NCBI GenBank assembly: GCA_963716255.1
Contig: OY970303.1
Coordinates: 5,504,001 to 5,568,000, forward strand
DNA: 64,000 nt
Direction of reading: 5' to 3'
Origin: an uncultured Gemmatimonadales bacterium
GTDB lineage: Bacteria > Gemmatimonadota > Gemmatimonadetes > Longimicrobiales > Longimicrobiaceae
The notes under the pieces: model-generated
The model's database searches: none
What the model was told of the DNA's origin: nothing
The model's input: only the letters and a program-made list of their open reading frames with translations
Part shown: in pieces, positions 17,497-26,788 of the stretch
Numbering within the stretch: the first letter of the stretch is position 1
Layout: every line of letters starts with the position of its first letter
Program-made: the position numbers and the translations under genes

Positions 17497-18636
17497 ATGC
17501 GGGTGCTTCATCTTTCCAGCGGGAACCTGTACGGGGGGGTCGAGACCTTCCTCGTCACCCTGGCGCGCCACGGCGGCGCCGGGGCGGCGATGGAGGCGTC
17601 GTACGCCCTGTCCGCAGAGGGGCGGCTCAGCGAGGAGCTGCGCGCCGCCGGGGCCCCCGTGCACCCGCTGGGAGCGGTCCGCGCCCGAAACCCGCTGTCG
17701 GTACGCCGCGCGCGCGGGGCGCTGCGGGAGCTGCTGCGTCGCGAGCGCTTCGACGCCGCCGTGTGCCACTCGGCGTGGGCGCAGGCGCTCTTCGGCCCCG
17801 CGGTGCGCGCCGCCGGCGTCCCGCTGGCCTTCTACCTGCACGGCGACGTGCGGGGGCGCCACTGGACGGAGCGCCTGGCGGGCCGCGTCCGCCCCGACCT
17901 GGTGGTGGGCAACAGCCGCTACACCCTTGGCACCCTCCCCAACCTGTATCCCGGCGCGCGCGCCGAGCTGGTGGCGTACCCGGTGGAGCCGCCGGACGCC
18001 GCGCTCGGCCGCGAGCGCGACGCGACCCGCGCGGAGATGGGCGCCGCGCCGGGCGACGTGGTGATCGTGCAGTCTTGCCGGCTGGAGCCCTGGAAAGGGC
18101 ACCGGCTGCACCTGGAGGCGCTGGGCCGGCTGCGCGAGGTGCCGGGGTGGACGTGCTGGCAGGTGGGCGGGGTGCAGCGGGACGGCGAGGCCGCGTACCT
18201 GCGCGAGCTGCGGGCGCGGGCGGAGCGCCTGGGGATCGCGGACCGGGTGCGCTGGGTGGGGCAGCGGCGCGACGTCCCCCGCATCCTGGCCGCCGCGGAC
18301 GTGCACTGCCAGCCCAACCTGGGACCGGAGCCCTTCGGGATCGCCTACGTGGAGGCGCTGTACGCCGGCCTCCCCGTGGTCAGCACCGAGATGGGCGGCG
18401 CGGCGGAGATCGTGGACCCGGGCTGCGGGATCCTGACCCCGCCCGGCGACGCGGACGCCCTGGCGGCCGCCCTGCGGCGCCTGGTGGCCGACCCCGCGCT
18501 GCGCGCCTCGCTGGGCGCGGCGGGGCCCGCCCGCGCGGCGGAGCTCTGCGACCCCGCGCGCCAGGTGGAGCGGCTGGCCCGCGCGCTGGCGGGCGCGGGG
18601 CGCCCGGCCGGGGCCCCGGCGCCCGCGGAGCGCTAG
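17497..18636 (+). CDS. GT4 family glycosyltransferase
   Basis: YGGVETFL, RLEPWKGH, QPNLGPEPFGIAYVEALYAGLPVV. Confidence 0.92.
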   Translation: MRVLHLSSGNLYGGVETFLVTLARHGGAGAAMEASYALSAEGRLSEELRAAGAPVHPLGAVRARNPLSVRRARGALRELLRRERFDAAVCHSAWAQALFGPAVRAAGVPLAFYLHGDVRGRHWTERLAGRVRPDLVVGNSRYTLGTLPNLYPGARAELVAYPVEPPDAALGRERDATRAEMGAAPGDVVIVQSCRLEPWKGHRLHLEALGRLREVPGWTCWQVGGVQRDGEAAYLRELRARAERLGIADRVRWVGQRRDVPRILAAADVHCQPNLGPEPFGIAYVEALYAGLPVVSTEMGGAAEIVDPGCGILTPPGDADALAAALRRLVADPALRASLGAAGPARAAELCDPARQVERLARALAGAGRPAGAPAPAER

Positions 18637-18640
18637 CCGC

Positions 18641-19993
18641 ATGGTCGCGCTCCTCCTCTGCGGGATCGCCTTCGTGGCGGCGTTCGTCGCCGGCCGCCGC
18701 TCGCTGGTGGCGGGGATCGGCGCCGTGCTGGCGGTGGGCTACCTGTACGGGATCACGCGGGCCAACGTCACCAGCACGCTGTCGCACTTCATCTTCGACT
18801 GCGCGGTGCTGGGGCTGTACGTGACGCAGCTCCCCAGGCCGTTCGCGCCGGAGGACCTGGCGCGCACGCGGCAGCTGCGCCACTGGACGGTGCTGCTGAT
18901 CGGCTGGCCCATGCTGATGCTGCTCCTGCCGCTGCAGGACCCCATGGTGCAGCTGGTGGGGCTGCGCGCCAACGTGTTCTTCGTCCCCTTCCTGCTGCTG
19001 GGGGCGCGGCTCCAGCGCGAGGACTTCTACCGCGTCGCCCGCGTCCTGGCGGTGCTCAACCTGGTGGCGTTCGGCTTCGCGCTGGCGGAGTTCTTCTTCG
19101 GGCTCCCGCGCTTCTACCCGCGCAACGACGTCACCGACATCATCTACCGCAGCAACGACATCCGCGCGACGGGGTCGCTCCTGGGCGCGTTCCGCATCCC
19201 CGCGACGTTCGCCAACTCGAGCGTGTACGCCTCGACGATGGTGATCAGCGTGCCGGTGCTCCTGGGCGCGTGGCTGCAGAAGCGCACGCACCGCGACCGC
19301 GTGCTGCTGACCTGCGCGCTGGCCGCGACGGTGCTGGGCGTCTTCCTTTCGGCGTCGCGCACCAGCCTGATGCTGCTCCTCATCCTGCTGCTGATGACCA
19401 TGATCAGCGGGCGGATGGGGGCGTTCGGGCGGGTGGCGTGGATCTTCATGCTGGCGGGGATCGGCTGGGTGGTGTCCACCAACGAGCGCCTGTTCCTTCG
19501 CCTGATGTCCATCAGCCCGGACTCGATCGTCGAGCGGATCTCGTGGAGCATGAACCGCGGGGTGTTCGACCACGTGGCCAAGTACCCCATGGGCAACGGC
19601 CTGGGCGGCGGGGGGAGCAGCATCCCGCACTTCCTCCTGCACCTGGTGCGGAACCCCATGCCGGTGGAGAACCAGTACGCCACCATCATGCTGGAGCAGG
19701 GGCTTCCCGGGCTGCTGGTGTGGATGGCGTTCATCGTGTGGGTGCTGACGCGCCCGCTGGGGCCGCGCGGCGACGCCTGGCACTTCCCGCGGCTGCTGGC
19801 GCGGATCGCCTGCGCGCTGTACCTGGCGACCGGCTTCATCGGGGTGGGGCTGTTCACCGCCATCCCGTTCACGGTGATGCTGTTCCTGTGGATGGCGTGG
19901 CTGGGCGTGCCACAGCGCCGCGAGGCGGAGGCGCCGGTGCCGCCGCGCGCCCCGGCGCCCGCGCCCCGGGTGCTGGCGGGCCGGCATGCCTGA
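18641..19993 (+). CDS. Polytopic membrane protein, Wzy/O-antigen ligase-like polymerase
   Basis: About 11 hydrophobic segments; RIPATF, LSASRT, PMGNGLG and ENQYATIMLEQGLPG resemble the Wzy_C region. Confidence 0.65.
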   Translation: MVALLLCGIAFVAAFVAGRRSLVAGIGAVLAVGYLYGITRANVTSTLSHFIFDCAVLGLYVTQLPRPFAPEDLARTRQLRHWTVLLIGWPMLMLLLPLQDPMVQLVGLRANVFFVPFLLLGARLQREDFYRVARVLAVLNLVAFGFALAEFFFGLPRFYPRNDVTDIIYRSNDIRATGSLLGAFRIPATFANSSVYASTMVISVPVLLGAWLQKRTHRDRVLLTCALAATVLGVFLSASRTSLMLLLILLLMTMISGRMGAFGRVAWIFMLAGIGWVVSTNERLFLRLMSISPDSIVERISWSMNRGVFDHVAKYPMGNGLGGGGSSIPHFLLHLVRNPMPVENQYATIMLEQGLPGLLVWMAFIVWVLTRPLGPRGDAWHFPRLLARIACALYLATGFIGVGLFTAIPFTVMLFLWMAWLGVPQRREAEAPVPPRAPAPAPRVLAGRHA

Positions 19994-21215
19994 GGCGGGC
20001 GGCGGGAGGCCGGAGGCGCGCCCTCCCTGGGTGATGGTGTCGCCGGGGTTCCACCGCCACGGCGGGATGGAAAAGGCCAACCTGGCGCTGGCGGAGTTCC
20101 TCCTGGAGCGCGGGACGCCGGTGCACCTGGTGGGGCACCAGGTGGACGCGGAGCTGGCGGCGCGCCCGGGGGCCCGCGCCCACGTGGTGCCGCGCCCCCG
20201 GGCGGCGCTCTTCCCGGGGGACCGGGCCATCGACCGGCGGGGGCGGGCCGTGGCGCGCGAGGCCGTGGCGGCGCACCCCGGGGCGCGGGTGGTGGTCAAC
20301 GGCGGCAACTGCGGCTGGCGCGACGTCAACTGGGTGCACTACGTCCACCACGCCTGGACCCCCGCCGACGCGGGCGCGCCGCTCCCCCTCCGGCTCCGCG
20401 GCCGCCTGCTGGCCGCGGCCGCGCGCCGCGACGAGCGCGAGCGCATTCCCGGGGCGCGCCTGGTGCTCGCCAACTCGGAGCTGACCCGGCGGCACCTGCT
20501 GGAGCACCTGGGGGTGGAGCCGGCGCGGGTGCGCACGGCGTACCTGGGCGCCGAGGCGGGGTGGGGCCCGCCCTCGGCGGAGGAGCGCGCCGCCGCCCGC
20601 GCCTGGCTGGGCGTGCCGGAGGGGCGGCCGCTGGTGGTGTTCGTGGGCGCGCTGGGCCACGACGCCCGCAAGGGCTTCGACACGCTGCTGGCGGCGTGGC
20701 GGCGCCTGTGCGCGCGGCCGGAGTGGGACGGGTACCTGGTGGCGGCGGGAGGGGGGCGGGGGCTGGGGCGGTGGGAGGCGGAGGTCGCCCGCCTAGGGCT
20801 GGGGGAGCGGGTGCGGATGCTGGGCTTCACCCGGCGGGTCGCCGAGCTGCTGGCCGCGGCGGACCTGCTGGCGAGCCCGGCGCGCTACGAGCCGTACGGG
20901 CTGAACGTGCAGGAGGCGCTCTGCCGCGGCGTGCCCGCGGTGGTGAGCGCGCGGGCGGGGATCGCGGAGCGCTTCCCCGCCGAGCTGGCCGGGCTGGTGC
21001 TGCCGGACCCGGACGACGACGCCGGCCTGGCGGAGCGCCTGCTCCGCTGGCGGGGGGAGATGGACGCCTGGCGGTCGCGCGTGCGGCCGCTGGGCGCGCG
21101 GCTCCGCGCCCACGGCTGGCGGGAGATGGCGCGCGAGATCGTGGAGATGGTGGAGTCCGGCGCGCCGGCAATCGAACGAACCGCGGCCTCCGTGGCCGCG
21201 ACCGAGGACCTATGA
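19986..21215 (+). CDS. GT4 family glycosyltransferase
   Basis: GGMEKAN, RKGFD, SPARYEPYGLNVQEALCRGVP. Confidence 0.9.
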   Translation: MPEAGGGRPEARPPWVMVSPGFHRHGGMEKANLALAEFLLERGTPVHLVGHQVDAELAARPGARAHVVPRPRAALFPGDRAIDRRGRAVAREAVAAHPGARVVVNGGNCGWRDVNWVHYVHHAWTPADAGAPLPLRLRGRLLAAAARRDERERIPGARLVLANSELTRRHLLEHLGVEPARVRTAYLGAEAGWGPPSAEERAAARAWLGVPEGRPLVVFVGALGHDARKGFDTLLAAWRRLCARPEWDGYLVAAGGGRGLGRWEAEVARLGLGERVRMLGFTRRVAELLAAADLLASPARYEPYGLNVQEALCRGVPAVVSARAGIAERFPAELAGLVLPDPDDDAGLAERLLRWRGEMDAWRSRVRPLGARLRAHGWREMAREIVEMVESGAPAIERTAASVAATEDL

Positions 21216-22009
21216 AGCAGATCGTGAAGTCCGCGCTCGCCCGGGTCGCTCCCGGGCTGTACACCGCCCTGGTCTCGCGCCGGGCGAGGGCGCACAGCCA
21301 GCGGCTGGAGCGCGAGTGGGGATACACCGAGCTGGCGCACCGGGTGGTCCGCGAGTGCGGCCCCAGGGTGACCGCCGGGCCCTTCGCGGGGCTGGAGTTC
21401 ACCACGCGCACCCTGGACCGCCACATCTCGCCGAAGCTCTTCGGGGCGTACGAGGCGGCGCTGGACCCGGTGTGGGACCACGTGCGCGCCTCGCGCTACG
21501 CCGAGGTGCTGGACGTGGGGTGCGCCGACGGCTACTACGCCGTGGGTCTCGCCCGCCTGATGCCTGCCGTGCCGGTGCACGCCTTCGACACGGACGTGTG
21601 GGCGCGGCGCACCGTCCGGGAGATGGCGGACGCCAACGGCGTGGGCAACCTGCAGGTGCACGGCGCGTGCAGCCCGGAGTGGCTGGCGGCGCACCTCCGG
21701 CCGCGCTCCTTCCTCCTCAGCGACTGCGAGGGATACGAGGACGCCCTGCTGGTGCCGGACCGCGTCCCCGCGCTCCGCACCGCGGACGTGCTGATCGAGC
21801 TGCACGAGGCGGCGGCGCCCGGGGTGACGGAACGGCTGAAGCGGCGCTTCGCCGCCACGCACGAGTGCACGCTGATCGACGACCGCCCACGCGCGCCGGA
21901 GGACTACCCGGCGTCCGCGTTCCTCCCCCCGGAGGACCGCCTGCGCGCCCTCAACGAGGTGCGCACGGACGGGCAGAGCTGGCTCTTCCTGGTGGCGAGG
22001 CCGGCGTGA
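21212..22009 (+). CDS. SAM-dependent methyltransferase (FkbM-related)
   Basis: KLFGAYE, VLDVGCADGYYAVG, LSDCEGYE, LIELH; ATGA overlap with the upstream gene. Confidence 0.75.
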   Translation: MKQIVKSALARVAPGLYTALVSRRARAHSQRLEREWGYTELAHRVVRECGPRVTAGPFAGLEFTTRTLDRHISPKLFGAYEAALDPVWDHVRASRYAEVLDVGCADGYYAVGLARLMPAVPVHAFDTDVWARRTVREMADANGVGNLQVHGACSPEWLAAHLRPRSFLLSDCEGYEDALLVPDRVPALRTADVLIELHEAAAPGVTERLKRRFAATHECTLIDDRPRAPEDYPASAFLPPEDRLRALNEVRTDGQSWLFLVARPA

Positions 22010-23241
22010 GCGCGTCCGTGTCGTCCGCGTCCGCGTCCGGGCCGCGGGTGCTGGTGGTCCCGTCGTCGTACTTCGCGCGCAACCGCACGGTGGGCGGCGG
22101 CGAGCGCTACGCCTTCGAGTACGCCCGGGCGCTCGCGCGCCTCACGCCCACCACGCTCGCCCTCTTCGACCTGGAGGCGGGACGCGAGGTGGTGGACGGG
22201 CTGGAGGTGAGGACCTTTCCCATCGCCGGCCTGGAGGAGAGGCGCGGCTTTCCGCTCCGGCGCGAGGCGCTGCGCGAGATCGCGGGGTTCGACGTGCTCC
22301 ACCCCATGATCTTTCCCACGCCGCTCACCGACCAGCTGATCCCGCTGGCGCGGCTGCGCGGGCAGACGGTGGTGCTCACCGACGTGGGCGGGGGCGTGCC
22401 GTGCTGGAGCACGCGCCTGCAGCGGCTGCACCCGCGCGCCAGCCTCAACCGCCTCACCAACGGCCTTGCCCTGCTGTCCCGCCACTCGGCGGCGCAGTTC
22501 ACCGGCTGGCGCCACCCGCGCACCATCCTGTACGGCGGGGCCGAGGTGCCGGAGGTGCCGGAGCAGGACTCGGCGCCGCAGGGCTACGCGCTGTTCGTGG
22601 GCCGGCTGCTGCCGCACAAGGGCGTGCTCCAGCTCATCGAGGCGCTGGGGCCGGACACGCCGCTGCGGGTGCTGGGGCGCCCGTACGACCCGGAGTACTT
22701 CCGCAGGCTGCGCGAGGCCGCGGCCGGCAGGGACGTGGTGTTCATCACGGACGCGGACGACGCGGAGCTTCGCCGGCAGTACCTGGGCGCCAGCGTGGTG
22801 CTCCAGCCGTCCATCCCGGTGCACGCGGGGCTCAACGACACGGCGGAGCTGCTGGGGCTGGTGGCGCTGGAGGGGATGGCGCACGGCAAGCCGGTGATCG
22901 TCACGCGCACGGCCAGCCTGCCGGAGCTGGTGCGGGACGGGGTCACCGGCTTCATCGTGCCCCCGGGCGACGCGAAGGCGCTGCGCGACAGGGTGGAGCT
23001 GCTGGTGCGCGACCCGGAGCGGAGCCTCGCCATGGGCGCGGCGGCGCGCAAGCACGTGCGCTCCTGCTTCACCTGGGACGAGGTGGCGGGACGGGGGATG
23101 GACTTCTACCGCAAGCTGCGGGGCGATGCGGCGCCGCGGACGGACGCCGCCCGGGGGGCGGCTCCGGCCGGGGGCGCGGGGCGCGTCCGCGGGGACACGC
23201 CGACGGCGGCGCGCGCGGGCGTGGCCGCGGCGGCGGGGTAG
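22006..23241 (+). CDS. GT4 family glycosyltransferase
   Basis: GGGERY, FVGRLLPHKG, ELLGLVALEGMAHGKPV; GTGA overlap. Confidence 0.9.
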   Translation: MSASVSSASASGPRVLVVPSSYFARNRTVGGGERYAFEYARALARLTPTTLALFDLEAGREVVDGLEVRTFPIAGLEERRGFPLRREALREIAGFDVLHPMIFPTPLTDQLIPLARLRGQTVVLTDVGGGVPCWSTRLQRLHPRASLNRLTNGLALLSRHSAAQFTGWRHPRTILYGGAEVPEVPEQDSAPQGYALFVGRLLPHKGVLQLIEALGPDTPLRVLGRPYDPEYFRRLREAAAGRDVVFITDADDAELRRQYLGASVVLQPSIPVHAGLNDTAELLGLVALEGMAHGKPVIVTRTASLPELVRDGVTGFIVPPGDAKALRDRVELLVRDPERSLAMGAAARKHVRSCFTWDEVAGRGMDFYRKLRGDAAPRTDAARGAAPAGGAGRVRGDTPTAARAGVAAAAG

Positions 23242-23267
23242 CGCGCCCGCGCTGCGGGCGGACCGCC

Positions 23268-24410
23268 ATGGCGGACCTGCACCTGATCACGGCGGAGTAC
23301 CCGCCGCAGCCCGGCGGCGTGAGCGACTACGTGCGCGGCGTGGCCGCCGGGCTGGCCGCCGCGGGCGAGCGGGTCCACGTCTGGTGCCCGCCCGCCGGGG
23401 GGGCGCAGCCGGACGACGCGGGCGTGGCGGTGCACCGCGAGCTGGGCGGGATCTCGCGCGGCGACCTGCGGCGCGTGGGTGCCCTCCTCGACGCCTTCCC
23501 CGCGCCGCGGCGCCTGCTGGTGCAGTGGGTGCCGCACGCGTACGGCCGGCGGGCCATGAACCTTGGCTTCTGCCTGTGGGTGCGGGAGCGCGCCGCCCGC
23601 GGCGACCGCGTGGAGATCATGGTCCACGAGCCGTTCCTCGCCTTCGGCGGGTCGGCGCGGCAGGCGGTGGTGGCCGCGGTGCACCGCGCCATGACGGTGG
23701 TGCTGCTGGGCGCCGCGGAGCGCGTGTGGGTGTCCACGCCCGCCTGGGCGGAGCGCTGGCGCAAGTACCGCCCGGGCCGCGCGATCCCCTTCGAGTGGAC
23801 GCCGATCCCCAGCAACGTGCCGGTGGTGGACGACGCGGCGGGAGCGCGCGCGGTGCGGGCCCGCTGCCTCCCGGGAGGCGGGCGCCTGGTCGGGCACTTC
23901 GGCACCTACCGCGCCAACGTCACGGAGCTGCTGGCGCCCATCCTGGCCGCGGCGCTCGAGTCCGCGCCGGAGCGCGCGGCGCTGCTGCTGGGGCGCGGCG
24001 GGGAGCGCTTCCGCGACGAGCTGGTGGCGCGGCACCCCGGCCTCACGGGCCGCGTGCACGCGCCCGGCCCGCTCTCCACCGGCGCCCTGTCGCGCCACCT
24101 GGCCGCCTGCGACCTGCTGGTGCAGCCGTACCCGGACGGCGCCAACGGCCGCCAGACGAGCCTTGCCGCGGGGCTGGAGCACGGCCTGCCCGTGGTGACC
24201 ACCGGGGGGCCCAGCACGGAGCCGGTGTGGCGCGAGTCCGGCGCCGTGGCGATGGCGCCCTCCGGCGACGCTGCGGCCGCCGCGCGGCTGGTGGACCGCC
24301 TGCTCTCCGACGACGCGGAGCGCGCGCGGCTCGGCGCTGCGGCGAAGCGGCTGTACGACGAGCGCTTCCACCTGCGGCACACGATCGCGGCTTTGACCCG
24401 CGACGGCTGA
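23268..24410 (+). CDS. GT4 family glycosyltransferase
   Basis: EYPPQPGGVSDY, HFG, QPYPDGANGRQTSLAAGLEHGLPVV. Confidence 0.85.
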   Translation: MADLHLITAEYPPQPGGVSDYVRGVAAGLAAAGERVHVWCPPAGGAQPDDAGVAVHRELGGISRGDLRRVGALLDAFPAPRRLLVQWVPHAYGRRAMNLGFCLWVRERAARGDRVEIMVHEPFLAFGGSARQAVVAAVHRAMTVVLLGAAERVWVSTPAWAERWRKYRPGRAIPFEWTPIPSNVPVVDDAAGARAVRARCLPGGGRLVGHFGTYRANVTELLAPILAAALESAPERAALLLGRGGERFRDELVARHPGLTGRVHAPGPLSTGALSRHLAACDLLVQPYPDGANGRQTSLAAGLEHGLPVVTTGGPSTEPVWRESGAVAMAPSGDAAAAARLVDRLLSDDAERARLGAAAKRLYDERFHLRHTIAALTRDG

Positions 24411-24623
24411 ACGGCTGGGCGCTCCAGGTGGCTCCGGTGTTCGGGGTCGGCCGGGGCAGGCTCCTCCGGCGGTGCGACACCCGAAGGGACTCGCAGAGCA
24501 CTCGCCCGCCGGTGGAGCAGGTCCGAGGGATCACGCTGGCTTCTAACAAACGCACCGCCTGCGGACCCTCCCCCGACCTCCCGACGAGCATCGCAGGAAC
24601 GGCAACGGCGCCAGCGTGGAGAT

Positions 24624-24681
24624 TCCCCTCCCCCGGAACGGGGGAGGGTGGCGAGCCTAAAGCGAGCCGGGTGGGGGCCCC
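24624..24681 (-). repeat. REP-like hairpin unit attached to structured repeat copy 3
   Basis: Reverse complement ggggcccccacccggctcgctttaggctcgccaccctcccc... is nearly identical to 36681-36722. Confidence 0.75.
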
Positions 24682-24682
24682 A

Positions 24683-24834
24683 GCGGACGCCAGCGCCACC
24701 CCCGCGTGAGGGATTTCGGCCCGAAGGGGCGAGACCCGGCGCAGTTTGCCGGGGCTCGACTCCGTTAGCCCGCGTTGTTTGCGGGCTTACGGAGCCGAAG
24801 CCCGACCCCGGCGTCAGCCGGGGGCACGCCCGAA
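24683..24834 (-). repeat. Structured intergenic repeat, copy 3 (inverted relative to the others)
   Basis: Reverse complement matches copy 2; variable stems AGCCCGC-aaacaac-GCGGGCT and CCCGGC-aaactgc-GCCGGG. Confidence 0.92.
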
Positions 24835-24890
24835 TCCCAAGCTCTTTCCCGGTGCCCTGAACACGGGCCATCGGTTCCACGAAAGAATAG

Positions 24891-25616
24891 ATGACGATCA
24901 GAACCCTGGCGCGGGTCGCCCTGCTCGACCCGCTGCGCACGCTGCTGCCGGCCCGCTTCCGGCTCGGCTACGACTTCTTTCTGCTGCGGCTCACGGGCCG
25001 CGCCGAAGAGGAGCTGCTGGAGCTGGACCGCCTGCTGGACCGCCGCGACCTGGCGGTGGACGTGGGCGCCAACCGCGGCTTTTACAGCTACGCCTTCACG
25101 CGGCGCTTCCGGCGGGTGGTGGCGTTCGAGCCCAACCCCCGCATCGTGGCGGACCTGGAGAAGCTCGGCGCGCCCAACCTGGAGGTACACAACGTGGCCC
25201 TCTCGGCGGAGGAGGGGAAGCTGGAGCTGTTCGTGCCGCGGGTGAACGGCGTGGAGCAGCACGGCTGGGCCAGCTTCGACCGCGGCAACCTGCCGGGCGC
25301 CACCGACTTCAAGGTGCTGGAGGTGCCGGTGCGGCCGCTGGACGCCTTCGGCCTCACGGGCGTGTCGTTCATCAAGATCGACGTGGAGGGACACGAGATC
25401 GCGGCGCTGGCGGGCGCGGCGGAAACCATCCGCGACAGCCGGCCCACGGTGCTGATCGAGGTCAAGGACCGCAACCGCGCCGAGGTGATGCGGTTCTTCG
25501 ACGGGCTGGGCTACGCGCCCTTCCGCCTGCGCGGCGGCCGGCTGGTGCCGTGGACGCCGGGCGGGGCGGGGGACGAGGGCGAGAACTTCGTCTTCCGGCC
25601 GCGCCCGCCGGCCTGA
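24891..25616 (+). CDS. FkbM family methyltransferase
   Basis: VDVGANRG, VAFEPNP, FIKIDVEGHE. Confidence 0.9.
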   Translation: MTIRTLARVALLDPLRTLLPARFRLGYDFFLLRLTGRAEEELLELDRLLDRRDLAVDVGANRGFYSYAFTRRFRRVVAFEPNPRIVADLEKLGAPNLEVHNVALSAEEGKLELFVPRVNGVEQHGWASFDRGNLPGATDFKVLEVPVRPLDAFGLTGVSFIKIDVEGHEIAALAGAAETIRDSRPTVLIEVKDRNRAEVMRFFDGLGYAPFRLRGGRLVPWTPGGAGDEGENFVFRPRPPA

Positions 25617-25716
25617 CGGTCCGTCCGCCATCCCCCGGATGCAGAGAGGCCCCGACGCTCGCCGCGCCGGGGCCTCTTCATACTTTCACGTTTCCGTCCT
25701 CCCTGTCCTCCGGAGC

Positions 25717-26400
25717 TCAGCCCGGCCGGCGCGCGGTGCAGACCACGTTGTCCGAGTAGCGGGCGCCCCGGAGCGTGCCCAGCGACGCCCGCTGCCAGGT
25801 GACGCGGGTGAGGCTGGGGAGCGCGCCGTGCTCGGTGAAGGAAAAGGCGACGCCCTGGAAGCCGGCCTCGGTGAGCACCCGCTCCAGGTCGGCGCGGAGG
25901 AGCGCGCTGATGTGCGCGGGGTAGCTCCGGCCGGTGAACGCGGCGAAGTGCCCGCGGAAAAGCAGGGACACGAGGGAGCGCCAGCTCTCGTTGTTGGGCG
26001 TGCTGACCACCAGCGCGCCGCCCGGCCGCAGCAGCCGGAACCACTCGCGGGCGAGGAAGCGCGGGTTCTCCAGGTGCTCGATCACCTCCGCGGCCACGAT
26101 CAGGTCGTAGCTCGCGTCGGGGACGGGGAGGCGCTCGTTGAGGTCGGCGATGATCCAGCCCACGCGGTCCGCGCTGGCGCCCTCGTAGGCCACCAGGTCG
26201 GCGGCGTCCACCCGCGTGAAGCGCGGCCGCTCCGCCAGGAGCCGCGCCAGCCGGCCCGTGCCCGCACCGAAGTCCAGCGCCCGCCCGCCCACGCCCAGCG
26301 CGTCCACCCGGGCGAGCACGGCCTCGTAGATGGGGTCCGCCGACGTGCCGCCGGACGCCTCCGCCGCTTCCACCCGCGCCTTCTGCAAGTCCCCGGTCAA
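25717..26400 (-). CDS. Class I SAM-dependent methyltransferase
   Basis: LDFGAGTG, EVIEHLENP, LRPGGALVVSTPN; TTG start at 26400 preceded by GGAGAG. Confidence 0.85.
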   Translation of the reverse strand: MTGDLQKARVEAAEASGGTSADPIYEAVLARVDALGVGGRALDFGAGTGRLARLLAERPRFTRVDAADLVAYEGASADRVGWIIADLNERLPVPDASYDLIVAAEVIEHLENPRFLAREWFRLLRPGGALVVSTPNNESWRSLVSLLFRGHFAAFTGRSYPAHISALLRADLERVLTEAGFQGVAFSFTEHGALPSLTRVTWQRASLGTLRGARYSDNVVCTARRPG

Positions 26401-26788
26401 GTCAGGCTCTCTCCGTCGAACGGTCGTGTCGCCGACACCGGTGCCTGTCGGCAATTCCTGCTGGCCATCCACTGGCGATCCACCGGCCCAAAGGTCGGGC
26501 GGGGACAGGACGGGCGCAAGTACGGGAAGGTCCCATCCGGGCGAAACCCGGAGCTGCGGCTCGCCTCGTGGACGGGTGCATGTGCGATGTCCCGAAAGAG
26601 ACGCGGCGCGGGGTTTGCGGCCCGTGCGACTGGACCGGCGTGGACAGCGGCGATATCTTAGGGGCGCTTCGACTAAGCCTGTGCGCCGCCCCGTGCGACG
26701 CGGGGCCGCCCGGGTGCTCGGCCCGGGCTTTTCCGGATGTCTCTGCGGAAGCGCGAAGTCGCGCGTTCGCGGAGCACTTGCATTTGCC

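Noticed and set aside
24683..24834. Structured repeat as a tRNA or hammerhead ribozyme
   Set aside because: No T-loop, anticodon arm or CCA geometry, and no CUGANGA core on either strand. Other ribozyme classes cannot be excluded by eye.
24648..24860. Short ORFs with recurring peptides (REGFRPEGARP, TEPKPDPG, SRPFGPKSLTR)
   Set aside because: These are translations of the non-coding repeat in different frames; stem variation conserves base pairing, not protein sequence.
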